DNA of 64,000 nucleotides from Planctomycetota bacterium (lineage in GTDB: Bacteria; Planctomycetota; E44-bin39). The position numbers were made by a program, and so were the translations under genes. Below the pieces are notes generated by a model. The model did no database searches. It had not been told where the DNA came from and worked only from the letters and a program-made list of their open reading frames with translations. The DNA is taken from positions 54,454-118,453 of the forward strand of contig SOJX01000079.1 of the NCBI GenBank assembly GCA_004376375.1, written 5' to 3'. Of this stretch, positions 55,571 through 64,000 are shown piece by piece. The first letter of the stretch is position 1, and the number at the start of each line of letters is the position of its first letter.

Positions 55571-56896
55571 GTGTTCGGTCGCATACTGGTTGCAGCTCGC
55601 GGAAAGACGGCATTCAACATAATTCGTACATGCCGCGAACTCGATATTGAAAGCGTTGCCGTTTATGCCGAAAAAGACCGGCAGGCACCCTATTTGAGGC
55701 TCGCCACCGACGTTATCTGTATCGGCCCTCGCAGCGTTTACCAGAATGAGAGCCAGATTCTTGCAGCTGCCGAAATCGGGGACGTTGAGGCTATACATCC
55801 GGGAATCGGGCCGCTCGCGATTAATGCGCACTTTGCTGAAATATGCGAAAGCCATGAACTCGCTTTTGTCGGACCGCCTTCAAAAGTGCTCGCGCGCCTG
55901 ACGAACAAACTGGAGGCGCGACGCTCCGCAGGCGAAATCGATGTTCCGGTCCTGCCTGCAAGCGAGGAGCCGGTAGTGGAGAAAAGCGCATCGCTTGCCA
56001 TTGCCGATGAAATCGGCTATCCCGTTCTGGTGCGGGCTATTGAGACGGGAAGCGGTTTTGGCGTTCGTATTGCGGAGGATGAACAATTACTGGTTGATGC
56101 CCTCACCGCAGCCGCCGGCGACTTGGCCAGGCCTGGCGGAATATATCTGGAAAAGTATCTGCCCAATGCAAGGCATATAGAAGTATGTGTGATTGCAGAC
56201 ACGCACGGCCACGTGGTTTCGCTTGGCGAACGAGACGAGTCGCTTCAACGCGGCCATAGAACTCTGGTCGCGGAAGCCCCGGCCCCGGGGATTGCCGCAC
56301 AGCACAGTAAGGCGATGCAGACGGCAGCGATTGACTTCACCAGGTCCCTGGGTTTCCACGGCGCCGGCTCGGTACAGTTTGTTTTGGATGGGAGCGGGAA
56401 TTTCTATTTCTGCGGATTCAGGCCGGTCATGACCGCGATGCCGAGCGTTACGGAAGCCGTTACGGGCATAGACATGCATTCTCAGGAGCTGCGGATTGCG
56501 TCCGGCGAACCGCTGGAGTTCTCACAGGAAGATGTAAGTATTTCGGGCGCCGCCATAGGATGCAGGATAACTGCCGAAGATCCACAAAAGCGTTTCAGCC
56601 CCACTGGCGGAACACTGTCCCTGTTTTCACCGCCCAGCGGTCGCGGCATCCGCGTCGACACATCCGTCTGGACGGGGATGGAGGTGGAGCCGGGGGCCGA
56701 AGGCGCGCTCGCTCAGATAACGGCCCATCGAATGGAGCGGGGCGAAGCTATTGCGGTCCTTCGAGTCGCCCTTGACGAGATTGTGCTGGACGGCGTGACG
56801 ACCACTCTTCCGCTGGTGCGTGACCTTTTCGGCCACACGCGCTTCGTAAAGGGCGAGGTCGATACGCATTTTGTCGAGGAGTATTTCGCCGGGTAA
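55571..56896 (+). CDS. AccC/biotin carboxylase-like protein with a degenerate active site
   Basis: Full-length BC fold (AIHPG, EKYL..ARHIEV, CRITAEDP, G.GIRVD, GVTTT), but catalytic motifs are replaced. Confidence 0.85.
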   Translation: MFGRILVAARGKTAFNIIRTCRELDIESVAVYAEKDRQAPYLRLATDVICIGPRSVYQNESQILAAAEIGDVEAIHPGIGPLAINAHFAEICESHELAFVGPPSKVLARLTNKLEARRSAGEIDVPVLPASEEPVVEKSASLAIADEIGYPVLVRAIETGSGFGVRIAEDEQLLVDALTAAAGDLARPGGIYLEKYLPNARHIEVCVIADTHGHVVSLGERDESLQRGHRTLVAEAPAPGIAAQHSKAMQTAAIDFTRSLGFHGAGSVQFVLDGSGNFYFCGFRPVMTAMPSVTEAVTGIDMHSQELRIASGEPLEFSQEDVSISGAAIGCRITAEDPQKRFSPTGGTLSLFSPPSGRGIRVDTSVWTGMEVEPGAEGALAQITAHRMERGEAIAVLRVALDEIVLDGVTTTLPLVRDLFGHTRFVKGEVDTHFVEEYFAG

Positions 56897-56900
56897 AGTA

Positions 56901-58727
56901 TCAGGACTGTTCAGGCTTCGACTGCGGGGTTGCGGCACCGCGCAGCGGAAGCGTAATGGAAAAGGTCGATCCCTCTCCCTCCTCGCTTGTAAGATTTATC
57001 GATCCACGGTGTGTTCGCACGATTTTCTTCACGATGGCAAGCCCGAGCCCCGAACCGCGGCTGCCTTTTCTTGCGGAAAAAAACGGCTCGAATACTTTGC
57101 CTCGGATTTCCATTGGGATCCCTGATCCGTTGTCTTTTACGCGGATTATTGCGGCACGTGTTTCAGGCGATGCCGGTTCACAGGTGATTATTATTCGATA
57201 AGGTTTTTTATCCATCGCGGCGACCGCATTTGTAATCAGGTTACCTACGGCCTGGCCAAGCAGGCGGGAATCGGCCTCAACTGTGTCTTCGAATTCGGCG
57301 AATTCTCTTACAACTTCAACGTCGTTGTCTTTTAAGTATCCTTCCATCTCATCAAGGCATTCTCCCAACACGCTCCTCAGAGATACGTAGGCCGGCTGGG
57401 GGAGGCGTTCTTCGGCGAACCTTGAAAGCTCATGGAGGATATGTTTCATTTTCTGCATGTTCCGCCCTATGACGTCGAAGAATTTTTCGGATTCCGGTCC
57501 CGTCCGGCAGTGGCGTTCGAGAAGCTCCACATGAGTCAGAATCGCGGCCAGGGGATTATTCAATTCGTGAGAAAGACCGGCCGCCACGACTCCGAGCGAT
57601 GCGATTCTCTCCTGTTCGGCAAGGTCCATTTCCAGACGCCGTTCCTGGGTAACGTCGTGTAAGAACAGCAGAAGCGACCGGGTGCCTTCGTAGGGAAAGA
57701 AAGAATATGAGATTCGCAGGATATTGAGCCGTTTGGAATCGGCTTCGAGCGTAATGTCATACTCACCGGAAGAACGAGGGCTGCTCTGGAATTCTCCCTC
57801 TCCGGGAGCAGTACTGAGATTTTTCTTGCCTCTGTCCTGAATTGTGATTTCGATTTCGCCAAAAGGCGATGCTCCTTGCAGGAATCGTTGGCGGCAGGAT
57901 TCCCTGTTCTCATCAGCCACAAGATCAATGAAATCTTCCAGCGGGCAGGGAGCAGTGAGGCCCGTCAGTTCGGTAAACCTTGGATTGCCGAGTTCTATCT
58001 GTCCTCCTCTGCAAAGCGCGATGCCTTCAATTGAATGCTCGATAAGCGCGGTCCATTTTGCCTCGGAGGCTTCAAGAGCTACCCGGCGGGAAATATTAGT
58101 GAGGTGTACCGAGATAAGGTTTGCCACGCTTCGGACGAGGTCGACATCCTCGCTCGTGAGGGGAGGGTCGGTTGACGAGCCTACAATGGCCAGGTTCCCG
58201 GCGACTTCACCGCTATTCAGAAATGGGGCGGCAATTATTGCATTGTATCCCGATATTCGAATTATGGTCTTCGGAGAGATAAATCGTAATGCGCGATGGA
58301 GTTTATGTTCCCGGGGAATGTAGTCTCTGACGAATTTTTCCATGGGAGCCGTAACCACGTCGTCGCTGACTCCCTGCGGAAAGACGACATTATCGCTTAC
58401 TATCACTTTGTGTTTGCCGAAGGCCTGGGTATAGATGTTTTCCTCGCTGGTTATATTAATCTTCCATTTTTCAAATGAGAATGATGGAAAACCCATTCCA
58501 TGCAGCTGGGCGTTAAGTATCCCGAGCCACCCGAGAGTGCCTGAAATACGAAGAGTTTCCGCCTGGGCACGGTCCGGAAGAACTCTGTTGAGTACAATAA
58601 GTTTCTTGTCCAGGCTTTGAAGGCTGTCGATTACGCGCTCGGCGATTCCGGCAAGAGTCGCCTCGTCCCGTAAAGCGAAGCCGAGCTTGACCAGGACTTC
58701 CCTTTCTGTATAACTCTTCGGTCTCAC
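56901..58727 (-). CDS. GAF/PAS sensor histidine kinase
   Basis: SHELNNPL, NLITNA, DNGSGI, FEPFFS, GSGLGL. Confidence 0.9.
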   Translation of the reverse strand: MRPKSYTEREVLVKLGFALRDEATLAGIAERVIDSLQSLDKKLIVLNRVLPDRAQAETLRISGTLGWLGILNAQLHGMGFPSFSFEKWKINITSEENIYTQAFGKHKVIVSDNVVFPQGVSDDVVTAPMEKFVRDYIPREHKLHRALRFISPKTIIRISGYNAIIAAPFLNSGEVAGNLAIVGSSTDPPLTSEDVDLVRSVANLISVHLTNISRRVALEASEAKWTALIEHSIEGIALCRGGQIELGNPRFTELTGLTAPCPLEDFIDLVADENRESCRQRFLQGASPFGEIEITIQDRGKKNLSTAPGEGEFQSSPRSSGEYDITLEADSKRLNILRISYSFFPYEGTRSLLLFLHDVTQERRLEMDLAEQERIASLGVVAAGLSHELNNPLAAILTHVELLERHCRTGPESEKFFDVIGRNMQKMKHILHELSRFAEERLPQPAYVSLRSVLGECLDEMEGYLKDNDVEVVREFAEFEDTVEADSRLLGQAVGNLITNAVAAMDKKPYRIIITCEPASPETRAAIIRVKDNGSGIPMEIRGKVFEPFFSARKGSRGSGLGLAIVKKIVRTHRGSINLTSEEGEGSTFSITLPLRGAATPQSKPEQS

Positions 58728-58742
58728 GCTTTCTCCGTTTAC

Positions 58743-59588
58743 TTAAAGCTCAACCGGTTCCGATAAAACAAAATCACCATCTTTAGACTCGGCGCGGCAT
58801 GCCGCGATGTCCGGGTCGTGCGTAAAAAACAGAATCCAGCCTTCAGCCGCGGCGGATGTGAGGAATTGCTTTTTTTCCTCGAGGGTTCGGATTGCCTCTA
58901 TATCGAAGCCCATAATGAACGGCAGCCTGATATGGGCGCGGGTCGGTATCAGATCGGCCACGAAGACCAGAGTCGTCGATCCGTCTGAAATCCGCGCCAT
59001 CTGCATGCCTCGTGTATGTCCGTCCGCCACCATTATGTCAATGCCGGGGAAAAGCTCTCCCGGTCCGTCGTGAAGCTCGAGCAGTCCGGCCTCTTCGATC
59101 GGGGTAATGTTATCCAGGAGATAAGATGCCTGCTCTCTTTCGTTTTGAGCCAGAGCCCATTCCCGGTTTTTCCGCTGAATATGTACGCGGGCTTCCGGGA
59201 ACGTGGGAACGAGCGTGTTTCCCGGTCTTTTGTCCGTAAGACCGCCTGCATGGTCGAAGTGCAGATGGCTTATTATTATATCGGTAACGTCGTCGGGTGA
59301 CACGTTATGATCTGAAAGCGCTGATAGAAGTTTCTCGTTGCTTCCGTCAATGCCGTAGATATCGCGTTCCCTGTCGGTCCATTTGTCCCCGATACCGATT
59401 TCACAAAGGATAGTGCGGCCTTCTCCTCTAACCAGGAGCGTTCTCAAGGCAAGTGTGATGCGATTCTTCTCGTCGGCGGGAAAAACCCGTTCCCATATCG
59501 TCTTCGGAATGGACCCGAACATCGAGCCGCCGTCAAGCCGGAAACGGCCCGCATCGATTGCAGTCAGCTGGTAAGGCCCGATATGCAT
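58743..59588 (-). CDS. MBL-fold metallo-hydrolase (YtnP-like)
   Basis: LDGGSMFG, SHLHFDHAGG, GHT.G, ADL.P, HDP. Confidence 0.92.
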   Translation of the reverse strand: MHIGPYQLTAIDAGRFRLDGGSMFGSIPKTIWERVFPADEKNRITLALRTLLVRGEGRTILCEIGIGDKWTDRERDIYGIDGSNEKLLSALSDHNVSPDDVTDIIISHLHFDHAGGLTDKRPGNTLVPTFPEARVHIQRKNREWALAQNEREQASYLLDNITPIEEAGLLELHDGPGELFPGIDIMVADGHTRGMQMARISDGSTTLVFVADLIPTRAHIRLPFIMGFDIEAIRTLEEKKQFLTSAAAEGWILFFTHDPDIAACRAESKDGDFVLSEPVEL

Positions 59589-59656
59589 TATGGTTTTCCA
59601 ACTCCAACGCCGTTGGTTTTTATTCGTATAATATAATAGTTACGGGGGAAATCAGT

Positions 59657-59720
59657 GTTAGCCGCCGCGCTTGCGCGGCGAGTGTGTCGAAAACCGCGCG
59701 CCGCAAGCGGCGCGGCTAAC
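59657..59720. repeat. Inverted doublet of TTAG-REP hairpins (REPIN/BIME-like)
   Basis: gttagccgccgcgcttgcgcggcg ... cgcgcgccgcaagcggcgcggctaac. Confidence 0.75.
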
Positions 59721-59836
59721 ATCCGCCCCTACAACTGACGGGTTACCCTGTAAATCCGTTTTCGCTGGACTCGTTAACAAATGCCAGTATAATAAAATTT
59801 GGTCCGAACGTCAATAAAACCTCTTGAAAGGCAGTC

Positions 59837-62800
59837 ATGAGCACAAGAAAAAACCGCGATATCCTGGCAGGTATCTTTTTACTATTCGTTCTCCTCTGGA
59901 CATTTCCTGCATTGTCCGGCGAATCCGCGCCCAAACCCGATGACTCGGATGAAGATATTGTCGCCGATGGCTGGAAAGCCTACCGCGAAGGCAAGTACAA
60001 GGACGCGGGGGAGCTTTTCGAGGAAGCCCTGGAAGAAGACCCGTCGGACGTCAAGGCCATGGAAGGCATTCTGGAAGTTGAGCTTATTACGGGGAAATAC
60101 AAGACGGCCCAGAAACGGGCGGAAGAATGGCTGAAGAAGAACGGGAAGGCCGACCGCGTATGGACCGTCCTGGGAGAGATCGGGAATACCGTCGGAAATT
60201 ACGACAACGCCATGCAGGCCTTTCGCAAGGCTATCGAGATAAAGAGCGACAACTTCCGCGCCCAGGCCGGCCTTGCCGAGGTGCTGCAATACGTGGGCTT
60301 GAAAGAAAATTCCTCCGAAATCATTCTCGAGCTCTACGACATATTTTCCGAAGAGGCTGGGCCCGGTAAATATTCCGCCGAGGATTACGTATCGGTCGGG
60401 CGCGCATGCATCGTCCTGGGCGAGCCTGAGCTGCTGCACGATACTAATGATGTATTGTTCGAAAAGGCGCTCGAGCTTGATCCGGCCTATGCTCCGCTTT
60501 TCGTTTCCTGGGGCATGTTATTTCTAAACAAGTATAACTACCCGCATGCCAAGCAGACATTTAAGGAATACATTGAGAAAAACGACAACCACCCGGATAT
60601 AAATTTCGGCATGGCGCTCGGCACGCTTCAGACGCGATACCTGGGGCAGAAGCGGATCCCCGAGGCGATGAAGCTCGTTGATAAAGTCCTCGCAGTAAAC
60701 CCGAACCATATTGACTCGCATATTCTGCTTGGCTATCTCGCGCTCGTGGATACCCTGCACGACGAGGCGCGCGACCATCTGAACGAGGCGCTGAAGATAA
60801 ACCCGAACCGGCTTGACGCCCTCGGGATGCTTGCGGCAAGCTACTGGCTTCGCAGGGAAATGGCGCAGCACGACCGGCTCGCCAAACGCGCGCTGGAAAT
60901 CAGTACGCGCCCGGCCGAATTCTATGACACCGTTGCAGGGGTTATCCAGAACAAATTCCGCTACCGCGAGGCCTATGAATACGCCAAAAAGGCCATATCC
61001 AAGGACGACACATACTGGCCGGCTTATTACACGGCGGGCGCCAACGCGCTTCGCCTCGGCCTGACCGAAGAGGGGCGCTCGTACCTGGAAAACGCGTTTG
61101 AGACCGACACGTTCAACGTCCGTTGTTATAACGCGCTCCAGCTTATGGATTACATGGATCGCGAATACGAGACAATTCGCGGCAAGCACTTTACTCTGCG
61201 CATGAAAACTTCTGAAGTCCTGTTTCTGAAACACATTGCCCAGGCGCATCTCGAAAGCTACCTTGTGGACATGACCAGGAGATACAAGATGACGCCGCGG
61301 TATCCGATTACCGTTGAGTTTTTTGCCGACCACAAGGATTTTTCTGCACGTACGGTCGGGTTGCCGGGCATAGGCGCATCCGGAGCCTGCTTCGGCGAGC
61401 TTGTTACCCAGATTTCGCCCCGTGCAATGTCGCCCGCCATCGCGAGCTGGATAGTTACCATGCGGCATGAGTTTGCGCACGTTATCACGCTGCAGAAGAC
61501 CAGGAACCGCATCCCGAGATGGTTTACGGAAGGTTTGTCGGTATATGAAGAGGTGCAGTTCAAGTCTTCCTGGCAGCGGCTCGATGATTACATGTTCCTG
61601 AGCGCGCTCTTCGAGGGAAAACTGCTGCCGCTTAAGAAGCTGGACAGCGGTTTCACAAAACCGAAATGGCGGATGCAGGTCCTGCTGTGTTATTATCATG
61701 GATACGTAATCGTCGAGTTCATTAAGCAGAAGTACGGTTTTGAAAAGATAAACGAGCTGCTGGCCGCGTTTGGAAAAGGGCTTGTGCTCGAAAAAGCGAT
61801 TGAGAGCGTTTTCGGGCAGACGCCCGACGAGTTTGACGAAGATTTCTTCGCCTACGCGAAAAAGCGTTACGGCAAATACCGGGTGGCGCCGCATATCTGG
61901 CCCGACACGGTCAGCCGGCTGAAGATTTCAATTGAAAAGGAAAAGACGGTGGAGAAATATGCAAGGCTCGCGAGAGCGTACCTGCGCAGCGGGAAGGACG
62001 CGGACGTCGAGATCAACCTTCACCGGGCAATGAAAATCGATAAGGATTCCCCGGAAGTCCATCTCGTGCAGGGCCTCCGTTTCATGGGGAAAGGAGAGCG
62101 GGGAAAGGCAAAGAAAGCCTTTAACAAAGCTATTGCAATGGGTGTGCATGACCTTTTCACTGCGCACGTTAATCTCGCCCTGATTGCCAAGAAAGAGGAA
62201 AAACCCGAAGTGCAGGAAAACGAACTCCTGGCCGCGTTAGAGGCTTTTCCGCGCGCGGCGCGTCAGCCTGTAAACGTTTACGCGATGCTGGTCGCGCTTT
62301 ACAAGAAGCAGAATCAGAATGATAAAATGATTGATATGCTTGAAAAGTGGTGCGCGCTCGATTACAAGCGCCTCGGGCAGAGGAAGATTCTGGCAAAACA
62401 CTACCTCGAGAAAAAGATGTATGAAAAGCTCGAGCCGATTCTCGAAGACCTGACTTTCCTGAACCCCTTCGACAACAGCATTGCGCCGATGATGGTCGAG
62501 TGTTACTACGCGGGCGGGGAATACGAAGAAGTCGTCAGGCTCAGCGACCTGATGGCCAGGCAGAAAATTTACAAACTTTCCGCCAAAATCCTTATCATGC
62601 AGGCCGAATCCTACGAGAAAACCGGGCGCAGAAAAGATGCCATAAAATCACTCCAGGATGCCGTTACAAAAGAGCGGGACAACGAAAAAGCCAAAAAACT
62701 GCTTGAAGAGCTGGGCGGGGAGATGCCGAAGCCTCCTGAAGAAAAAGAAGACGAAGAGCCGGAGGAGGGGGAGGAAAAAGAGAAGAAAGAGAAAGTAAAG

Positions 62801-62878
62801 CAACCGGATAAAGAGCCCGCCGAGCGCCCCGATTATGAAAAACCGGATAAAGACCCTGACGAGCAAGAAAAGGAATGA
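59837..62878 (+). CDS. Exported TPR protein with a central peptidase-MA-like zincin domain
   Basis: Signal peptide, many TPRs, RHEFAH...PRWFTEGLS. Confidence 0.85.
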   Translation: MSTRKNRDILAGIFLLFVLLWTFPALSGESAPKPDDSDEDIVADGWKAYREGKYKDAGELFEEALEEDPSDVKAMEGILEVELITGKYKTAQKRAEEWLKKNGKADRVWTVLGEIGNTVGNYDNAMQAFRKAIEIKSDNFRAQAGLAEVLQYVGLKENSSEIILELYDIFSEEAGPGKYSAEDYVSVGRACIVLGEPELLHDTNDVLFEKALELDPAYAPLFVSWGMLFLNKYNYPHAKQTFKEYIEKNDNHPDINFGMALGTLQTRYLGQKRIPEAMKLVDKVLAVNPNHIDSHILLGYLALVDTLHDEARDHLNEALKINPNRLDALGMLAASYWLRREMAQHDRLAKRALEISTRPAEFYDTVAGVIQNKFRYREAYEYAKKAISKDDTYWPAYYTAGANALRLGLTEEGRSYLENAFETDTFNVRCYNALQLMDYMDREYETIRGKHFTLRMKTSEVLFLKHIAQAHLESYLVDMTRRYKMTPRYPITVEFFADHKDFSARTVGLPGIGASGACFGELVTQISPRAMSPAIASWIVTMRHEFAHVITLQKTRNRIPRWFTEGLSVYEEVQFKSSWQRLDDYMFLSALFEGKLLPLKKLDSGFTKPKWRMQVLLCYYHGYVIVEFIKQKYGFEKINELLAAFGKGLVLEKAIESVFGQTPDEFDEDFFAYAKKRYGKYRVAPHIWPDTVSRLKISIEKEKTVEKYARLARAYLRSGKDADVEINLHRAMKIDKDSPEVHLVQGLRFMGKGERGKAKKAFNKAIAMGVHDLFTAHVNLALIAKKEEKPEVQENELLAALEAFPRAARQPVNVYAMLVALYKKQNQNDKMIDMLEKWCALDYKRLGQRKILAKHYLEKKMYEKLEPILEDLTFLNPFDNSIAPMMVECYYAGGEYEEVVRLSDLMARQKIYKLSAKILIMQAESYEKTGRRKDAIKSLQDAVTKERDNEKAKKLLEELGGEMPKPPEEKEDEEPEEGEEKEKKEKVKQPDKEPAERPDYEKPDKDPDEQEKE

Positions 62879-62900
62879 TATTTTCGGTAAATTTTATTAG

Positions 62901-62957
62901 AAACGGGAAACGAGAAACAGGGAACGAGAAACGAGAAACCAGAAACCAGTAACGGGA
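62901..62957. repeat. AAACGAG-type heptamer array between convergent genes
   Basis: aaacggg aaacgag aaacagg gaacgag aaacgag aaaccag aaaccag taacggg. Confidence 0.8.
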
Positions 62958-62959
62958 AT

Positions 62960-63445
62960 TTACCATCCCGGCGTGCTGGTGTCGGGGCCTTTGAGCTGTT
63001 CCCATTCCGCGCTTGATATTTTCCATTCACCTTCGATCTTGCGAAACCCGGTCTTCATCTGGTAGGCATGGTCGCCTTTCAGCCAGCCTTCTTTCGGGAA
63101 GTTTGCGTCGAGCCGGAATTCTGCAATTGCCGTTTCGCCTGAAATATTGATATCAAGGCCGGTAATAACAAGCGTGGGTTTTCCGCCTCGTTCCCAGGCG
63201 ACGTTTATTAATCCGGGAGTTTGCCCGCGGTTTGCGCCTGCCGAGCAGGTAAAGTCTTTTGTCAGGTGGTCGGTTATAAAGACTGATCTGGGCCTGCTTC
63301 CGGACTCAATGATCTCCATGCATTCTTCCAGTACGGCCCGGATTCGGTCTTCCTCGGTTGTGAAGATGCACGAAATCCCGGCGTAGATGATGTAGGTCAG
63401 GATCGAAATCCCGGCGATTATAAGCACGATGCGTTTCAGGTTCAT
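62960..63445 (-). CDS. Membrane-anchored NTF2/SnoaL-like protein
   Basis: N-terminal TM, TEEDRIR, C-terminal FRKIEGEWKISSA. Confidence 0.6.
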   Translation of the reverse strand: MNLKRIVLIIAGISILTYIIYAGISCIFTTEEDRIRAVLEECMEIIESGSRPRSVFITDHLTKDFTCSAGANRGQTPGLINVAWERGGKPTLVITGLDINISGETAIAEFRLDANFPKEGWLKGDHAYQMKTGFRKIEGEWKISSAEWEQLKGPDTSTPGW

Positions 63446-63449
63446 CAGG

Positions 63450-63998
63450 TTATTCCTTTTTCAGATAGTATCTTTGCTTACCCGGGTCCCAGGCCAACCT
63501 GGACTTGTTTTCCTTGTACCATTCCATCATGGTCTTGGCCTGTTTATCTCGCACGGAGTAATTTGCTTTGAAGTCGAATTTTGGACATTCTTCCGGCATG
63601 CGCATGAGAACGTCCTCGACAAGCCAGTGCGGAGTATTGCGCCCGTAACAGTTGCCAATAACGTTACTGATATAATTCACCTTGCCCCAGCTAGCTTCTG
63701 CAAAGCCGAGAATAAGATGGTAATAACTTTCGCCTGCACGTATATTCCGTGCTGCGGCAAGATCGGGCCCGCCGTTGCGCCATCCAAGTGCGATGGCTGC
63801 ATAATTATTTCCATTTTTCAGTGACGACCGCAAAATATCATTAACAGATTCACCTTCGATATTGGCAAGTGCAACCGCGGCACACGTACGTAATCTTGGC
63901 CTCTCAGTTTCTCCCAATATTTTCGCCAGGCTGGAAATTGCCTCTGTAGCGCCAAGGCGCCCAAGCGCATTGATCGCGGACCTCTTTGGATTGGTGAA
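63450..63998 (-). CDS. HEAT-repeat protein, 5' part outside the window
   Basis: Frame open to the edge (SAINALGRLGATEAISSLAKIL); C-terminus homologous to 37918..39603. Confidence 0.8.
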   Translation of the reverse strand, partial: FTNPKRSAINALGRLGATEAISSLAKILGETERPRLRTCAAVALANIEGESVNDILRSSLKNGNNYAAIALGWRNGGPDLAAARNIRAGESYYHLILGFAEASWGKVNYISNVIGNCYGRNTPHWLVEDVLMRMPEECPKFDFKANYSVRDKQAKTMMEWYKENKSRLAWDPGKQRYYLKKE

Positions 63999-64000
63999 AT

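Noticed and set aside
54689-55855. Long antisense/alternate-frame ORFs (e.g. 54689..55855, 9146..10549, 60524..61894, 35594..36772, 6126..7139)
   Set aside because: They are shadows of well-supported genes in GC-rich DNA, with no motifs of their own

Overview
A 64 kb window of moderately GC-rich bacterial chromosome. The many TPR/HEAT/ankyrin, exported prenyltransferase-fold and Ser/Thr kinase genes suggest an anaerobic Planctomycetota-like lineage; this is an inference. It holds about 55 CDS (ackA with a ptb-like gene, asnA, ECF sigma/anti-sigma, an HtrA pair, tldD/E, panB, selD, pabB/pabC-like, cobO, efp and others) and one tRNA-Leu(GAG). Main observations: (1) The accB- and accC-like genes after efp are intact, but both have lost their catalytic chemistry. 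The biotin lysine motif EAMK is EAMS, and biotin carboxylase EMNTRIQVEH is GFRPVMTAMP, making them a candidate pseudo-enzyme pair. (2) A 6.2 kb integrase-less islet at the tRNA-Leu 3' end, bounded by a 27-bp direct repeat, carries a Leu/Val-type dehydrogenase-CBS fusion, panB and an unknown 418-aa protein, possibly a valine-to-pantoate module. (3) The selD operon has an in-frame UGA with a SECIS-like hairpin in selD, and a second candidate Sec codon with a hairpin in an FmdB-family gene. (4) Dense 7/8-bp tandem arrays (often inverted and abutting stop codons), REP-like hairpins, a composite repeat and a MITE with an 8-bp TSD. (5) HEAT and ankyrin proteins that share conserved terminal modules. 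All functional calls come from motif recognition by eye; no searches were run.
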